A stretch of DNA of 64,000 nucleotides. It comes from Vicugna vicugna (Eukaryota). Below the pieces are notes generated by a model. It ran no database searches and was not told the DNA's origin. It saw only the letters and a program-made list of their open reading frames with translations. The position numbers were made by a program, and so were the translations under genes. Every line of letters begins with the position of its first letter. Within the stretch, counting starts at the first letter, position 1. Positions 36,367 through 49,026 of the stretch are shown piece after piece. The DNA is taken from assembly GCA_013265495.1 (NCBI GenBank), contig MU061814.1, positions 4,260,759 to 4,324,758 of the forward strand, written 5' to 3'.

Positions 36367-39300
36367 GAGCCCGTTAATGATGCCACGTGTCTCAAAGGAA
36401 AGGATGTGCTGTTTGGATCTTACCTGCCTTTGTCTGCAGAGCTGGATTAGCCTTTTTGCAGCAGCAAATGGGTGTTGCTCTTCCTCATGTGTCATAGAAT
36501 ATGGAAGTGGCCTCCTTCCATCCTCCTGTTCCCATCTGCCACCTCCTCCTCCAGTCTGGCCTTTGTGGAGTCAACTCCCTGGGATATGCTGCACTGTATG
36601 CAAAGCAAACAGTAGCAAAAACAGCTCTCTTTCTGCAAGTCACAGAGGCAAGGAAGCTGTGGGAGCGTTTAGCCGACGGCGAGATGGAACAGGAACAATA
36701 AATCATGTGCCCTTTCTAAGCATCATAAACATAAAGTTGGAACTGCTGGCCCCACATCTAGATCCTGTAGCCAACAGGGCAGCAGGCAGCCCGATGGCTG
36801 TGCGGGGGTGCCTCCATCATTTCCGGATGCTCTGTCAGGCCCAGGACAGACCTCAGGAAGAGGAGCCATGTGCCTCCATGTGCGTCCGCCCACTAATTAC
36901 ATCCCGCCTTACTCAGCGACTGTTCACTAACAGCGATGCTCCTGGACGTGCCGGGGCCTGGGCTGGTCAAACAGAAGCAGAACTGCCTCTGCCCCTGCTG
37001 GTACTGACAGCAGGCCCTGGGGTTCTGTCCCCTTCCGATTCATCCCCCCAAACAGCAGGAGCTTTTCCAAGTCTGGATGGCAGAGTCCAGTCCTGCCCTC
37101 CTGCAGCACCGGGGTCCCTGCCAGCATGTCTGCGAGGCCCCCCAGGTCTGGCCTGGGTCCACAGGGCTCATGTGGAGCTGGGGGAGCAAGGAGCTCTTCA
37201 TGGTGGCGTCAGGGCTGAAACTTCTCCCTCCAAAGTGGGAGTGGGGGATGCCTGGCTCACAGTCAGAATCCAGGCAGCTGGAAGGAAACTCTGGGGTTGG
37301 TTCTTGCTGCCAGCGCCCATGGGGACTGCATTGTCACCGCCTGCCCAGACACTGGAGCCACCAAGGATCCTGGGAGCCCTGCCTTAGTGTGTTCAGCCAG
37401 GGGAAGGCAGCACTGCCCAGGCCCAGGCCCCCCGCAGCACACACTGTCTTCCGTGGCCCACGCCTGCTGCCAGAGTGGCCTGGCCACAACCAGCCCTCAG
37501 TGTCAACCACCCCTGCCGCTTGGCCCACTCACCTCGCCGCAAGGGAGTGCCGGCGGGTCTTCCTGCCCCTGATTCCTCTGTCTCAGGGGCCCCGTGACCA
37601 CCCTTGCAGGAGACTGACTGAGTCAGTCCACATGACCCCTTTCAGTAACTGGGTACCTCGGAGATGACCTCGGGGTCACCTTCACAGCAGGTGCACAGGA
37701 TGGCTGCTTCCCAGGATGGAGGCTCCACCAGAGCTGAGACCGTAGGCACCCTGGTGACCCTTTACCACCAGGCCCTCCACCCAGGAAGACCTGGAGCAGG
37801 TGGCCGACCAGCCCTGAGCAGCGAGTTGCTTGTGGTTACACTGCTCAGGTGCCAAGTGCTCGGGGATCCTTCAGACACATCTGTCTGTGCAAGAACACAC
37901 CCACTTCCGTGGCTTTTCTGCTGAAAGCCAGCTCCGCTCACTTGCAAACTTGTCAGGGATAAAGTCTTTGAGCAGGACGCAGTAAAAGGGAATCGGCCGC
38001 CACTAAATGCACACTTGTCCCCAAGCCGCGGCATTCCTTGCACAAGCCCGGGGCCAGGGCCCCGTGTCAGGCCACGCCTGGCCACAGGCCTGCTGGGGTC
38101 GGGGGGAGGCGGGAGAGCTGGGGGCGGGCGTGTTTTCCCGGTTGGCCAGAGGCTAGAGCTCGGACAAGTCTAGTGCTTAACCAGACACCGTCCAACGGTG
38201 GGTCACTCCAGCCCCTGCTCCCCCCCCACCTCGCAGTGAACACCTGGGCTCCAGGTGGAGCCCTTGCTTCTGCCCGGATGCTCCGTCCCAGCACAAAACC
38301 TCCTCGTCTGCGGAGGGGGAGGAAATGAAGCTGTCTCCTTCACAAACAGCGTTTCCTCCGTAATTAAAATGAAGAAGTGTCCCGGCGGCTGTCAGAGCAG
38401 GTCTAATCATCGCGCTGAGCGAGGCCCCCGAAGAGGCGATAAATCACCGCGCTGACGATGATTACCGTGATTAACAAAAAGGGATCGTAATTAGCGCGTG
38501 CACTTCAGCCGGACCACATCCAAAGGGTCTTAAAATAGCCCACATCGCGATGGCAGAGAGGTCCTCCTGCAGGAGTCCAGCCGGCAGAGGGGGCCTGGCC
38601 AGCTTCGGCCCGGCCAACGGTGTGTGAGTCCATTCGGTGCCGAAGAACCTGGCTCTGGGGTCTTGAGCGCTTGTCCTGGACTCCAGGTCCTTTGGGAGCC
38701 AACGGCGTTTCCGTCCAGGAAGGGAAGCACCGGAGGTGAAACGGCCTCACCGCCATGAGGCCAGCAGCCTGCCCGGCCCTTTTCCACGCAGGCGGGCATC
38801 CACGCCGCCCCCTCCTCCAGCCCTGCCCCGCGCTCCTGAGCCTCGCCTGGGACCCCGGCAGCCCGTCCCCAGCTGCGGCGCGGAACTGCTCAGCGGGGGG
38901 CCGGCCCCGGTTCTCCGACTGCACCGAACCTGCTGCTTTCGGGAGGTGCCCGTGGAGCCTGCCTGGCCTTGCTTATGTGTGAGCCAGACGGTGAGGGGCC
39001 TGTGTCTCTGACTCAGCCAGGCGGCCGGTCGTCCTGAGGCAGGGGCTCACCTGGACTGTTGCTTGGCTGAGAACGGCAGCATCTCTGGGCGCCAAGGCCC
39101 CCGCTGTCCCCTCGGCTGAGCTCAGGAGGGCGGACAGTCCAGATCCTCCTTCCACTGTGAGCGGGGACCTTCTCCACTGGTGGGCTGGTCCCTGTACTGC
39201 CAACATCACATCAGCAGCTGGTCAGCGCTGGACTGCCTGGGAGAGGGGAAGACCGCTCTGCTCCCGGGGCCAGAGGCTCCGGGCGGATGTCTGACCTCCC

Positions 39301-39543
39301 CGGCTCAGGCGAGGCAGGTGCAGCCCCCGCATTCGGAGGCCTGCATGGATGAGGAAGGCCTCTGCAGGCTGAGCCCGGCCCTCCAGGCGGGTCCCAGGAG
39401 CCAGAGAGCAGACCTCACAGCTGCAGGCCCAGGAGGACAAGGCTGCTTTGCCTGAAAGAGTGTTGAATCTGCAAAGTGAAGAGAAACAGGCGGGAGGTGT
39501 TGGGAGCGACATCTGGGCCCTCTTCGCCGCGTGCTGGAAAGCC

Positions 39544-39571
39544 GTGTGTGTGTGTGTGTGTGTGTGTGTGT
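39544..39571. repeat. (GT)14 microsatellite
   Basis: Read directly from the sequence. Confidence 0.98.
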
Positions 39572-40679
39572 TTCCACAGCGGCCGCCCCCTTCCCCACGC
39601 AGCTGCTTGGCTGGAAAACAAAAGGAAGCCAGAGAGAGAGATGATGGTGACGATGATTGTTCTCACGTCCGTTAACAGTACCGCAGGCACCGACCTCCCC
39701 ATCAGTAGAAGCAGCTTCAGACTCAAAGGAGGCCACGTACACAGACCCCAGGCAGACCACGGTGGCCCTGGAGAGGCGAGGGCTGGCGGCCAGGGCTCTT
39801 CGGACGTCGGTGGTGCTGCCTTCCCGGAGGGGGGGCTCCATCCTCTCCCTGGCAGCCCCTCCCATCCTCTCCCATCACCTCAAGCCCTGATTTGTCCAGC
39901 TGTCGCCTCTTCCAGCTCCATTCAAGTCCCCGTCATTCTGCCTGGCTGCCCTGGTGTTTCCAGTGCCTTTGGGAAGACCCAGGGGCTTCTGCAATCCTAA
40001 TTGTCCAGATTTCAGTTCCCCACACCCTAGCCCTCCAAGGAGTTCAAGACCTGGCACCGTGTTGCCCAACCAGAGGCGCTGGACGACATCGATGTGTACT
40101 CGTGTTCCATCACCCAAAAGGGTCAGCACAGTTACCCAGAACCCAAAAGGGATGTCAGGGGCAAGGCTCCCTGTAGGACAAAGCACCTGCTGGCCAGGTG
40201 CAGGGGGCGGTGGGTGAGCGTGGGCGGCACTGGGAAAAGTGCGGGCAATGGGGCACACAAATATTTGTTTCACAATCCGGACAGTCAAGGACAGTCATGC
40301 CAGGTAATTACCGCTCAGATGTATCAGAGCCGTGCAGAGCACCACAGGGCACGTCCTGGAAACACAAGAGGCTGGCAGGGGTCACCCACAGGCGCTCAGG
40401 AAACCCAAACGCCGTGAGAACCTCGTGACCCCGGGGGCTCCAGCTGCGCTTGCCACGTTGATAGGATGCAGGTGCTTCGCCTAGTCTGTTCCACGGAGGG
40501 GAAGTCAGGCTGATTAGGAGTTAAAGTGCACCCCGTGTTCCATATAGCGACTCTATTTCTCCTTCTCATTTCAGGGGGAGCCTGTGTGCGGGGGCACGAG
40601 GCAGCCCTTGGAAGGGCATCATTGTGGGATTTACGGTCTTGGCGGTAACACTGGAATTACACCAGCTCCCACTCCCACG

Positions 40680-41030
40680 TCTACGCACAGAAGAACTGAA
40701 ACCAGAGCTCAGGTACTTTACACGAGCTCTGTTGGCATCAGCCAAGCAGGGGAAACAACTCAAGTGCTGGATAAACAAAAGGGGGTCTATCCATCCAAGG
40801 GAGCACTGTCATCCACAGAAGGGAACGGAAGTCTGGCAGATGCCGAAACATGGGCGAACATTAAAGGCGTGGCGCTTGGTGAGATAAACCAGGCACAAAA
40901 GGGCAGATCCTGTGTGACTCTGCTCATATGAAGTAGCCAGAATTAGGGAGGTGCAGAGACAGAAGGTCGGTCTGGAGTGTGGGGCGGGGATGGAGAGCTA
41001 TGTTGAAAAGGGACAGCGCTGCAGCAAACC
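40680..41030 (+). mobile_element. Old L1 (L1MB-like) 3' fragment, strongly GC-shifted
   Basis: TGGATAAACAAAAGGGGGTCTATCCATCCAAGGGAG...GGTGAGATAAACCAGGCACAAAAGGGCAGATCCTGTGTGACTCTGCTCATATGAAG...AGAGACAGAAGG is colinear with the L1 ORF2-end/3' UTR. Confidence 0.85.
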
Positions 41031-44000
41031 TTGTTTTTAACACACCCTTGCACACTCGCGCTGGCACACCTGTAGGACAGAACTCACCCGTGACCTGAAG
41101 GAACACCAGGGGAGACACAGTGTTCTCTTCTCTCTAAATTAAATTCTTCCAGAGAAATGGGCTCGGGTGTCAGGGCAGCCACGCCTGCATGAAGCTCGTC
41201 CGAGTGCCAGCCCGGAGCTCCGCATCCACCTGACGTGTTCCCCCAGACTGTCGACGTTCATCAGCCTCAACTGATAATTGTTTGACGAGCTACATGTTGT
41301 CATAATGTCTGCGATACTGTCTCGAAGGAGGTGACATAATATTGTGACACTGTACGTAACTCCTGTGAAATCTTAATAACCACTGCACGCCGAAGGTCAC
41401 GGGCTCCCAGCCCCGCGGAAGCCCCGCACGCGGCAGCATCTTTGCTGACGACAGACGGCCTCTGCTCGGGAGGGGCCGCAGCTTTAGGGAGGGCGCTAAA
41501 TCCTGTCACTCCTCACCATGCTTCTTTTGTGAACAGGGCAGGACATGTCTTGCCTTTGAAATAGCCAATTAGAAATAGAGAGCGGGGAACTGAAGTGGGC
41601 TTCCCCAGATCTACGTCTTTCTCCCTCCTGTCTTAGAAGACTAAAACATTCCAATTAAGATTTGATGACTGAATGGCTTTACCTAAGGAAATATGTATGA
41701 AGTCAGAATGTTCTCTCACTTACCCTCTACGACAGCAAGATGTGCTTTTAAACATAAGGACGAGGGTTCCAGAGACTCATACAAAGACAGGGTTGCCTTC
41801 TTTTCCTTCTAACCCACTTGGCCCGGATAGATTCACGGGAAGCTTGATTTATTTTGCAAAGTGGGTGTCATCCACAGCCTGAAGTGTTTAAAAATCAGTC
41901 ATTCCATCTAATTAGATCTCTCAGCAGCTCTGAAAGTTAATATTACACCATCGCGACACTAATGAGCACCGTGGTGTGGGGCGGTGGGTGGAGAGGGGCA
42001 GCTGCGCGGGCACCTTGGGAGCAGGAGACGGGGGCGGCGGGGCTGGTATGTGTGGCGTGGTCTCAGTCTCGTTTTTGTGACTTAATCCAGGAGCCTGTTT
42101 TAACAAGACCCCATACATCAGAGAGCTCTGGCTATTTAGCTTGCTCCATTTGGGGAGAAAAAGGAAAAAAATACATAACCAATCATGACTCCACAGAATC
42201 GACATGCCATTTCCTCACCTTTTTTCAAAACCCCGAGTTTGCAGCATCCACCTCATTAAAAAGCCTCTAAGCAGGTTGAGGATCTGGTTCCTACATATAT
42301 TAATAAAATCATTGATTTTCACTGAGCCGACTTTGCACCAGCACTGGGAAACCCAACAACACAGTGTGAAAACGCTGCTCGTGTCAATTTCCACTGTACC
42401 CTGTTAATATCCAGTTTTGAGGGCACATCTTTTATCTGCGGAAGCAAATTGCTAGAGAAGCAATGGCCACTGGCGTTCTGGGTTTCCAGTTCCAGCCTGG
42501 GTCCTCAAGGAACATTTATAGGAAAGAGCTTCTAAATTTGTCCATATCCCATGTTGTCTGGGCATTTACCATACATTTAGACACATCTGTGACTTTATTT
42601 TTTAAAATGATGGCCCATATGAATTCAAAACGCGATGACTCGAGGGCACACACATCAAATAGATGTTTCACTGAAGGCTTAAAAATGAAAGGCAGAGGGG
42701 GAGACGCGGCAGACCCACCGGAAAACACAAGCCTGCATGATCTTTAGCGTTTTGTACCGGTCCCTCTCAACCAACAGCCGAAAGCTGTAAGCTCTCTAGA
42801 CTGGGGATTAACACAAATGACTCTGGGAGATAAGCAGGGGATTAAGGACCCTGGTGGGAGAGTTCAGGGAAACCAGCTGTCCTCGGGAACTACTGATGGA
42901 ATGCTGAGTCAAGTATCGTCAGCGCCAAGGACAGAGTGCGGACCGGAGCGGTCAATAAAAGCTCGGTACGTTTTTACATGCAACTGTTGCAAAGGGCGCT
43001 AAGCAGTCACTCTGTGAAACGGATTGCTCGGGGCTGAGTGCGTCTGAAGCTCCCAGTGTGTCTCAGCGTGTGTATAAAGTACAGCAAAACGGGGGAACAG
43101 ACAGTAGAGCAGTGATGGGAGAAAACTGAGAAGACCTGTCAAACCAGGCTGCTCGTGGGAGTGACCCGGGTGACGACGGGCGACGAGGCAGAGCCCTGAA
43201 GTGCGTACCTGGACGGACGAACAAAAACAAGGTGAAAACGTGTGAGCCTCCAACTCGCGGCGTCCAGAGCGGGCGCTCAGAACACTCAGCCCATCTAGAT
43301 GGGCTCCGTGGAGGCGCTTAGGTCCGGCCGGGCTGCGGGGCACGTGGGGGCGGGGCGCAGGCCGGGTTTGTGCTGCGCTGTGCATGTGGCTTTTTAATGA
43401 CCTGTCAATGTTTAAGACTGGGGAGATTTCACGTAAAGTATCTGGATTCCCGGCTTTTCCTGGAAAATTAAGATCTGGCAGCGCTGTGGCCTCCTTCCCA
43501 CATGACCAGAACGGGCTGGAGGGACGGGGAGGGAGGAGAGAGTTCCCCTCTGTCCTCTGCGCGCCAGGTGCGCCGCGCTGGCCTCCACGCCCTGCCTGAC
43601 CTCGGCGACGCTGGATTTGAGGCCTCCTGTTTGAGAGCGCACGTACGCGTGAGTTGCGCCTTCTTCCCTGAGGGACCGATGAGGCAGCTCAGTGTCATGT
43701 GGTCCGGGGGCTGGAAAACGTCGGCTGCCCGGTCCTTGTGGGTTTACGTACAGTGTCGGCCTTCTTTACGGACCGTTGTAAAGCTTACATCACGATCTCA
43801 GGGGTTTGTGAGCTCCATGTTGCACAGGGAGGAGATAAATTCCTCATCTTCCTGAAAGGCTCACAGGGCAACTGGAGCCTCACCCGGATCAGGTAAACAA
43901 AATTGTCCTCTAACTCGAATGGGGGGAAAGGAGAGTGTTAGCAAAGTCCTTATCATTCTATTTTCAACTTTCCTGCTACTAAGTTTGACTGGTTTTTCCA

Positions 44001-44429
44001 GGGACGAGATTGTTACAGGGCGACTTGAAAATGAACCCAGCAGAAACCACTGTTCAGGGTTTATAACAGAAACATTTTAAAATTTAATCACCAGTGAAGG
44101 ATTGAAGCATGCAGTTCGGAAGCTGTGATTTTTTTTTTTCTGGCCATTTACTTTCCATGAAAAGCGTGGCCCTGCTCCTCAGCCTGACTGTCTAACCGCA
44201 CGGCTGTGGAAGCCATTGCGAGGGGAGCCAGTGACCTCGGGCACTGCCTGCCTCCTGGGTGTGGACCTAGGGCACCACACCGACCACGCTGCTGAGAGGG
44301 AGGCGGAGCTCCCTGCACTGGAAGACGCGGCGGGTGTTCCAAGGTGGCCTGGAGCCTGGCTCTGTGACGAGGCCCCGTCCAAGGGCTCGTCTGCTCGGCT
44401 GGGAGGAAGTGGGCTTCAGAAACCTTCCA

Positions 44430-44645
44430 GTTACACGCACACATATACACACAGATACATGTACATGTTCCTTTTCACACTCCTCCACCAGAGGCTGTTA
44501 CAAGATATTGAATGCAGTTCCCCGTGCTGCACAGCAGGACCTTATTGTGTATCTGTTTTATATAAAGCAGTTTGTATCTGCTAATCCCAAACTCCTCATT
44601 TATCCCTCCCTCCCCCTTGCCCCTGGTAACCATTAGTTTGTTTTC
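44430..44645 (-). mobile_element. Truncated L1 3'-UTR fragment (same family as 22385-22955)
   Basis: TTACAAGATATTGAATGCAGTTCCCCGTGCTGCACAGCAGGACCTTATTG...GCTAATCCCAAACTCCTCATTTATCCCTCCC is nearly the same as 22520-22640. Confidence 0.9.
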
Positions 44646-47600
44646 AATTAAAAAAAAGGAAGCCGTCCGTTCCGTGACGGTCTCTCCGGGACCGATGTGC
44701 CTTACTGACCGGCAGAAAGTCCTCATGAGCACCTCCGGTGGGGGTGGCCACCGACGTAACACGCTTAAAGTGAAGCACGGCCCACAGCACGCGGTGGGCA
44801 GGAGCCGGCCCTCCACGCTGAGCAGCTGCCGTTGCGGGTAACAGTTAAAGGGGGAGGATTCAAATCCCAGACCCCCATCTGTCGTCCGGGAAAGTTACTC
44901 GATTGCTAAGTTTCACCGATGACACTAGAATAACAACTCCCACTTTGTAAGGATTCCACCAGGTGACATGAACCACAGCTCAAGGCAGCCAAGTAGATGC
45001 TGTGTTATTACTCCCATCACATAGGGCCGATGTTTCCCGAGGACTCACCTTTTGGGAGTGGACTAGATGTGACCTAGTAAACTGGACGGTGATCGGCCCT
45101 TGCACTGGTAACTCAGAACAACTTTCTCCAACGACGATTCAGGAAGGAGGGGTCCCGCAGCCCGTGCACTGCCTCAGCTGGTGCAGACGTCCAGGCGGCC
45201 GAGCGGCCAGAGGTCCTGGACCCCAGGCCTGTCCCCGCGTGCGCCTGCCTGTGCTGAGACCAAGGCTCCCTGCGCGATCTTAGCGGCCGTGCTGTTTGCC
45301 CCTGGCTGCAGTGTTGCACAAAGGACGAGTGTTGTAAACTTCTTTCCTTTCAGACTTGGCTATTATTACCACTCCTGCTCTCGAGAAAGGAAACATGGAT
45401 TTAACTAAGTCAGTGCAGCCCGTCGGAGACAAGGCCCCCCCGACCCAGGGCCGCGCCAGGGCACCGCCAAGGGAGGGCTTTGTGTTCTCGGCTTCCCGTC
45501 GAAATCCACAGGTGTCAAGGCTTCGACAAGGCTCCCCGTTCACGACATTGCCGCGGGTTTGTAGGCCGCCTCAGGCAGGCCAGCGATCACAGGAAGCCAC
45601 TACTGGAGCAGCGGGGGCCTTCGCTGGAACCATCTACAGGCCATTCGTAGAAATGATGAGGGCTCCAAACAATGGGAGCGGAAGGGGCTCCAGGGACCGC
45701 AAGCCCTGGAGGGGCGGCCTGGGCATTCCTCGGGCAGCAGGCCTGGGGCTCGCGGTGATCCCGGAGAGGAGGGGGGACAGGTGTCCTGTCGGGGTGCCCG
45801 GCCTGCACCATCGGGAAGGAAGCTGAGATCCGTCTCCTTAAACGGCACATGCACTCTGGTGTGTCCTGACACACCCACCGTCGTGGGAAGCAGCCTCCGT
45901 GGCACAGAGCGGCCAGCCCTCCAACTCGCCCCCCTGCGCAGCCAGGCCTGACGCGATCAGCAGAGTGTGCTCTGTTCCCTCAGTCCCCGCCGTCTCCGCC
46001 AGGCCTGGGGACGCCTCTGGTTGTCTGGGGCAACGGGGTTTTGAGCCGATTTTCCAGCCGATGACCTCGTCCTTCGAGAGGAAGCACTTGCTGCGTGAGC
46101 ATCTCCGGAAGCCGCCTGCAGGGGAGTCACGGCCACGAAAGTCCGTGTGATGAGTTACGGCTTCCTCGGTGGATTCGAGGGAAAAACCCTTTCATCTGAA
46201 CTCTGGAATTTTCTCCCGCTCAGCAAAGAGTTCCAGACGTCTGGGTGGAAGGCGTCCTGCTAACTTGGACCTCCGAGACCCACGCGCCTCAGCTGTCTGG
46301 CAACTGTTCCTTCTTTTCGCAGAGACACACCATCTGCTCCCAGATGCTCCAGAGGGACCGTCCACATCGTATGGGGTGTTTATCACACGGTCACCACTCC
46401 TGTGCGTGCAGAAATGTTTTGTCTACACGTATGAAACATTCGTCAAGGGACTGAAAGCATTTCCTACCATTTGCCTCAATTCATTCTCTGATTTCAACAC
46501 CCGTCAAGGAAATCCGGTCTCGGTTGCTTTAAGCCCTGCACCCTCCCTCCCTTTCCTCTCAAAACCAAACCGTCTATCATTTATTTTCTAAGAATATAGA
46601 AGGTGTCCCTGCCTTCGGTTCGCTGTCTATACAAATAAACTGTGCAGCTTAGGAGAAGGGGGCACACTTTTTCACCAGCGGAAGTGAGCCGTGGCTCCAG
46701 CTGTGACCGCCAGTGGGTGAACGGCCCTCTGCCAGTCAGGACCCCGCTTCTGCCTTCAGAGTGCGCACTCGGACGTGTGGTGGTTGTAACAGTGGTGTGA
46801 GTCTTAACCCTGTCTGTGGGCGTTTGTCCCGGTGAAGCATCTGAATATTCCATTACACGGTGACTATGAAGCAGGGGGGAAGGCTGAACCGTGGCGTGAA
46901 GTATTCGCCTGGCGGAGACGGCCAAACCCAAAACCCATGTTTTTTGTAGGGCTTTGGATGTCTTAAATAATAATTTTTTTTCATTTTGCTTTCCACTTGT
47001 CTAGAAAATTCTGTCTTCAGGTCCATGATAATTACCTTAAACCCACCTTCTTTGGTAAACGGCGACCAAGAATTTCACTGCGACAGGGCAGGTGTTAGAA
47101 CAGCTTCTTTCCAAAAATCTCAAAGTCTCCTTGTCGCTGAAATCTCAAACTCCACCACTGTAAAAAAAAAAAAAAAGTAAAATAAAAAGCGAGCTGGCAT
47201 ATCTGTTTGCATCTGTCTTATCCTCTCACTGCACCTTGTTATTTGAAGGGAGCGTGATCTAGCCGCGTGACTTGCACCTGACGGAAGCCCCGGGGAAGGG
47301 AAGCCCCTACCAGACAATTTGAATAAAGAAGACGATTCCTATTAGGGTATCAGATTGTGTCAATAAGCCTGCACGGTTCTTAGACGTCATGAACGGAACT
47401 GAGCGTGTGTTTAAGGAGCTTAGCAGCATCCAGTGACATCTGGTAGCCCTTCCCTCCCAGGTCAGGCCACCCCCGTCTGTCAGACAGAGACGACGGGATT
47501 ACCTAAATTAACACCCTTCCAGCTCTAATTGAATTCTATTTTCTCAATCCCGAATAAATACATTTCAACTGCTGCTGCGGTCAGACGGAGAGGAAGAGCG

Positions 47601-48089
47601 TCTTTAATGCCTCCCCTGTGGATTCAATGCCTGTTCTACCTGGGAGAGTAATGATGCCAACATCCCGGGACCACACTGAAGGGATAACGGTTAGTTAAAC
47701 ATGCCAGGTCTTTATAGAGCAGATAAGCATTTTAATTTGCATTTATGAAAATCAAAACGTGAGCTCGGGAAGCCAGCGCAAGTTTGTGCCTCCCCAGGCC
47801 CTGGAGCCGCAAAGCCGTAGGATCAGGAAGCAAGGCGGGTGCTGTGCTTTCCCTCAAGGACCTGCCACTGTCCCGTCTGTCCCCGCACAGAGTTCTCGAA
47901 AGTGGTCTTTAAATTGGCACCTCTGACGGCCCACCCGCCTGGCTGACGCCTCCAGCAGCCTCCAGTCCCTCTGCCCCCAAGACCAGAGGAACCAACGAGG
48001 CTGCCGTGGCCCAGGCTTGGCCCGTGGATTTCCCCTCCGCCACACCCTGCCACTCTGTCACTTCCTGCCCTTCCTACTCACGGTTCCCT

Positions 48090-48315
48090 TGCACCCCAGG
48101 ACCTTTGCGTATGCTCTTTCTGCCTACAAAGCTCACACACAAGATCTGTAATCACCTGGTTATTGACGTCATTGTTGGATTCTTGTGTATCTGTACTGAT
48201 TCCGGGGCCCTCAGCTCATTCATTCAATATCACAGACCCAGAACATTTCGCCCAGCACCCAGTATGGTCTCCATAAGTTTCTGATTGATTCAATGAATAC
48301 ATCAATCGATTGATC
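48090..48315 (+). mobile_element. L2 3' fragment
   Basis: CAGAACATTTCGCCCAGCACCCAGTATGGTCTCCATAAGTTTCTGATTGATTCAATGAAT resembles the L2 3' terminus. Confidence 0.65.
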
Positions 48316-48415
48316 AATGCCCTAATTTGCAAATTCTGTTGAGCCTAAAAATAAACAAGCAATTTAGTCAATTTATTCTTGGTGACTCCCATGATCCAAT
48401 ACCTCTTAAATCCAG

Positions 48416-48494
48416 AATTACTCCCTGTTCATTAATGTCCATATTCTTTGCTCTCATTTCTCTTTGCTCCATCCCTTACAATTTTCAGGTGAGT
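48416..48494 (+). other. Recursive-splice-site-like motif (3' splice site fused to 5' splice site)
   Basis: About 70 nt without AG, a pyrimidine tract, a CTCAT branch candidate (A at 48456), then TTTTCAG|GTGAGT. Confidence 0.5.
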
Positions 48495-49001
48495 CAACCC
48501 ATCACAATTTACCCAAGCGACACTGGACTCCCCCTCAGTACCCAGACCTTCATTTTCTGCACCTGCGATTCCTTCCTGAGGCGGTTTGACGGCACAGCAG
48601 CTACGACTCCCTCTCGAGTTCTCGGTGCAGCATGTTCCAGGGCTTCCCAAGATGTGGCCTCCCTCCTCCCCTGCTGCCCCTGCCCGAAAGGTGACTGTGA
48701 CCCCCGGCGCTCTTTGCAAACGTGGCCGAGGGTGTTACCCACCTGTCTGGGCTCTAGGAAATGCCTGGGGAGACGGCCCATCGGTTCCAAACTGGGAAGC
48801 CAGGGTCCTCTTTTCAGCCAGCAGCTCAGGACACCAGGGGGAGACTTTAGGGACAGAGAGAGCCTGCGGGGGGCTGGCAAGTGTTAACAATGCGCTTTCA
48901 GCAGAAGGGCTGGGAAGGACTCCATCTGTAGTGTCCGCCCATTTCCCTGATGTAAATACTCTCACTGTGGTCAACTGTGAGTCAGCAGTGTGGGTCCCAT
49001 G

Positions 49002-49026
49002 AGGGGAGGGGAGGGGAGGGGAGGGG
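49002..49026 (+). repeat. (AGGGG)5 repeat, G-quadruplex-forming motif
   Basis: Five G4 tracts with single-A loops, read directly. Confidence 0.9.

Noticed and set aside
36377-37387. 336-aa ORF
   Set aside because: No recognisable domain or coding-like composition, and no flanking splice or promoter support.
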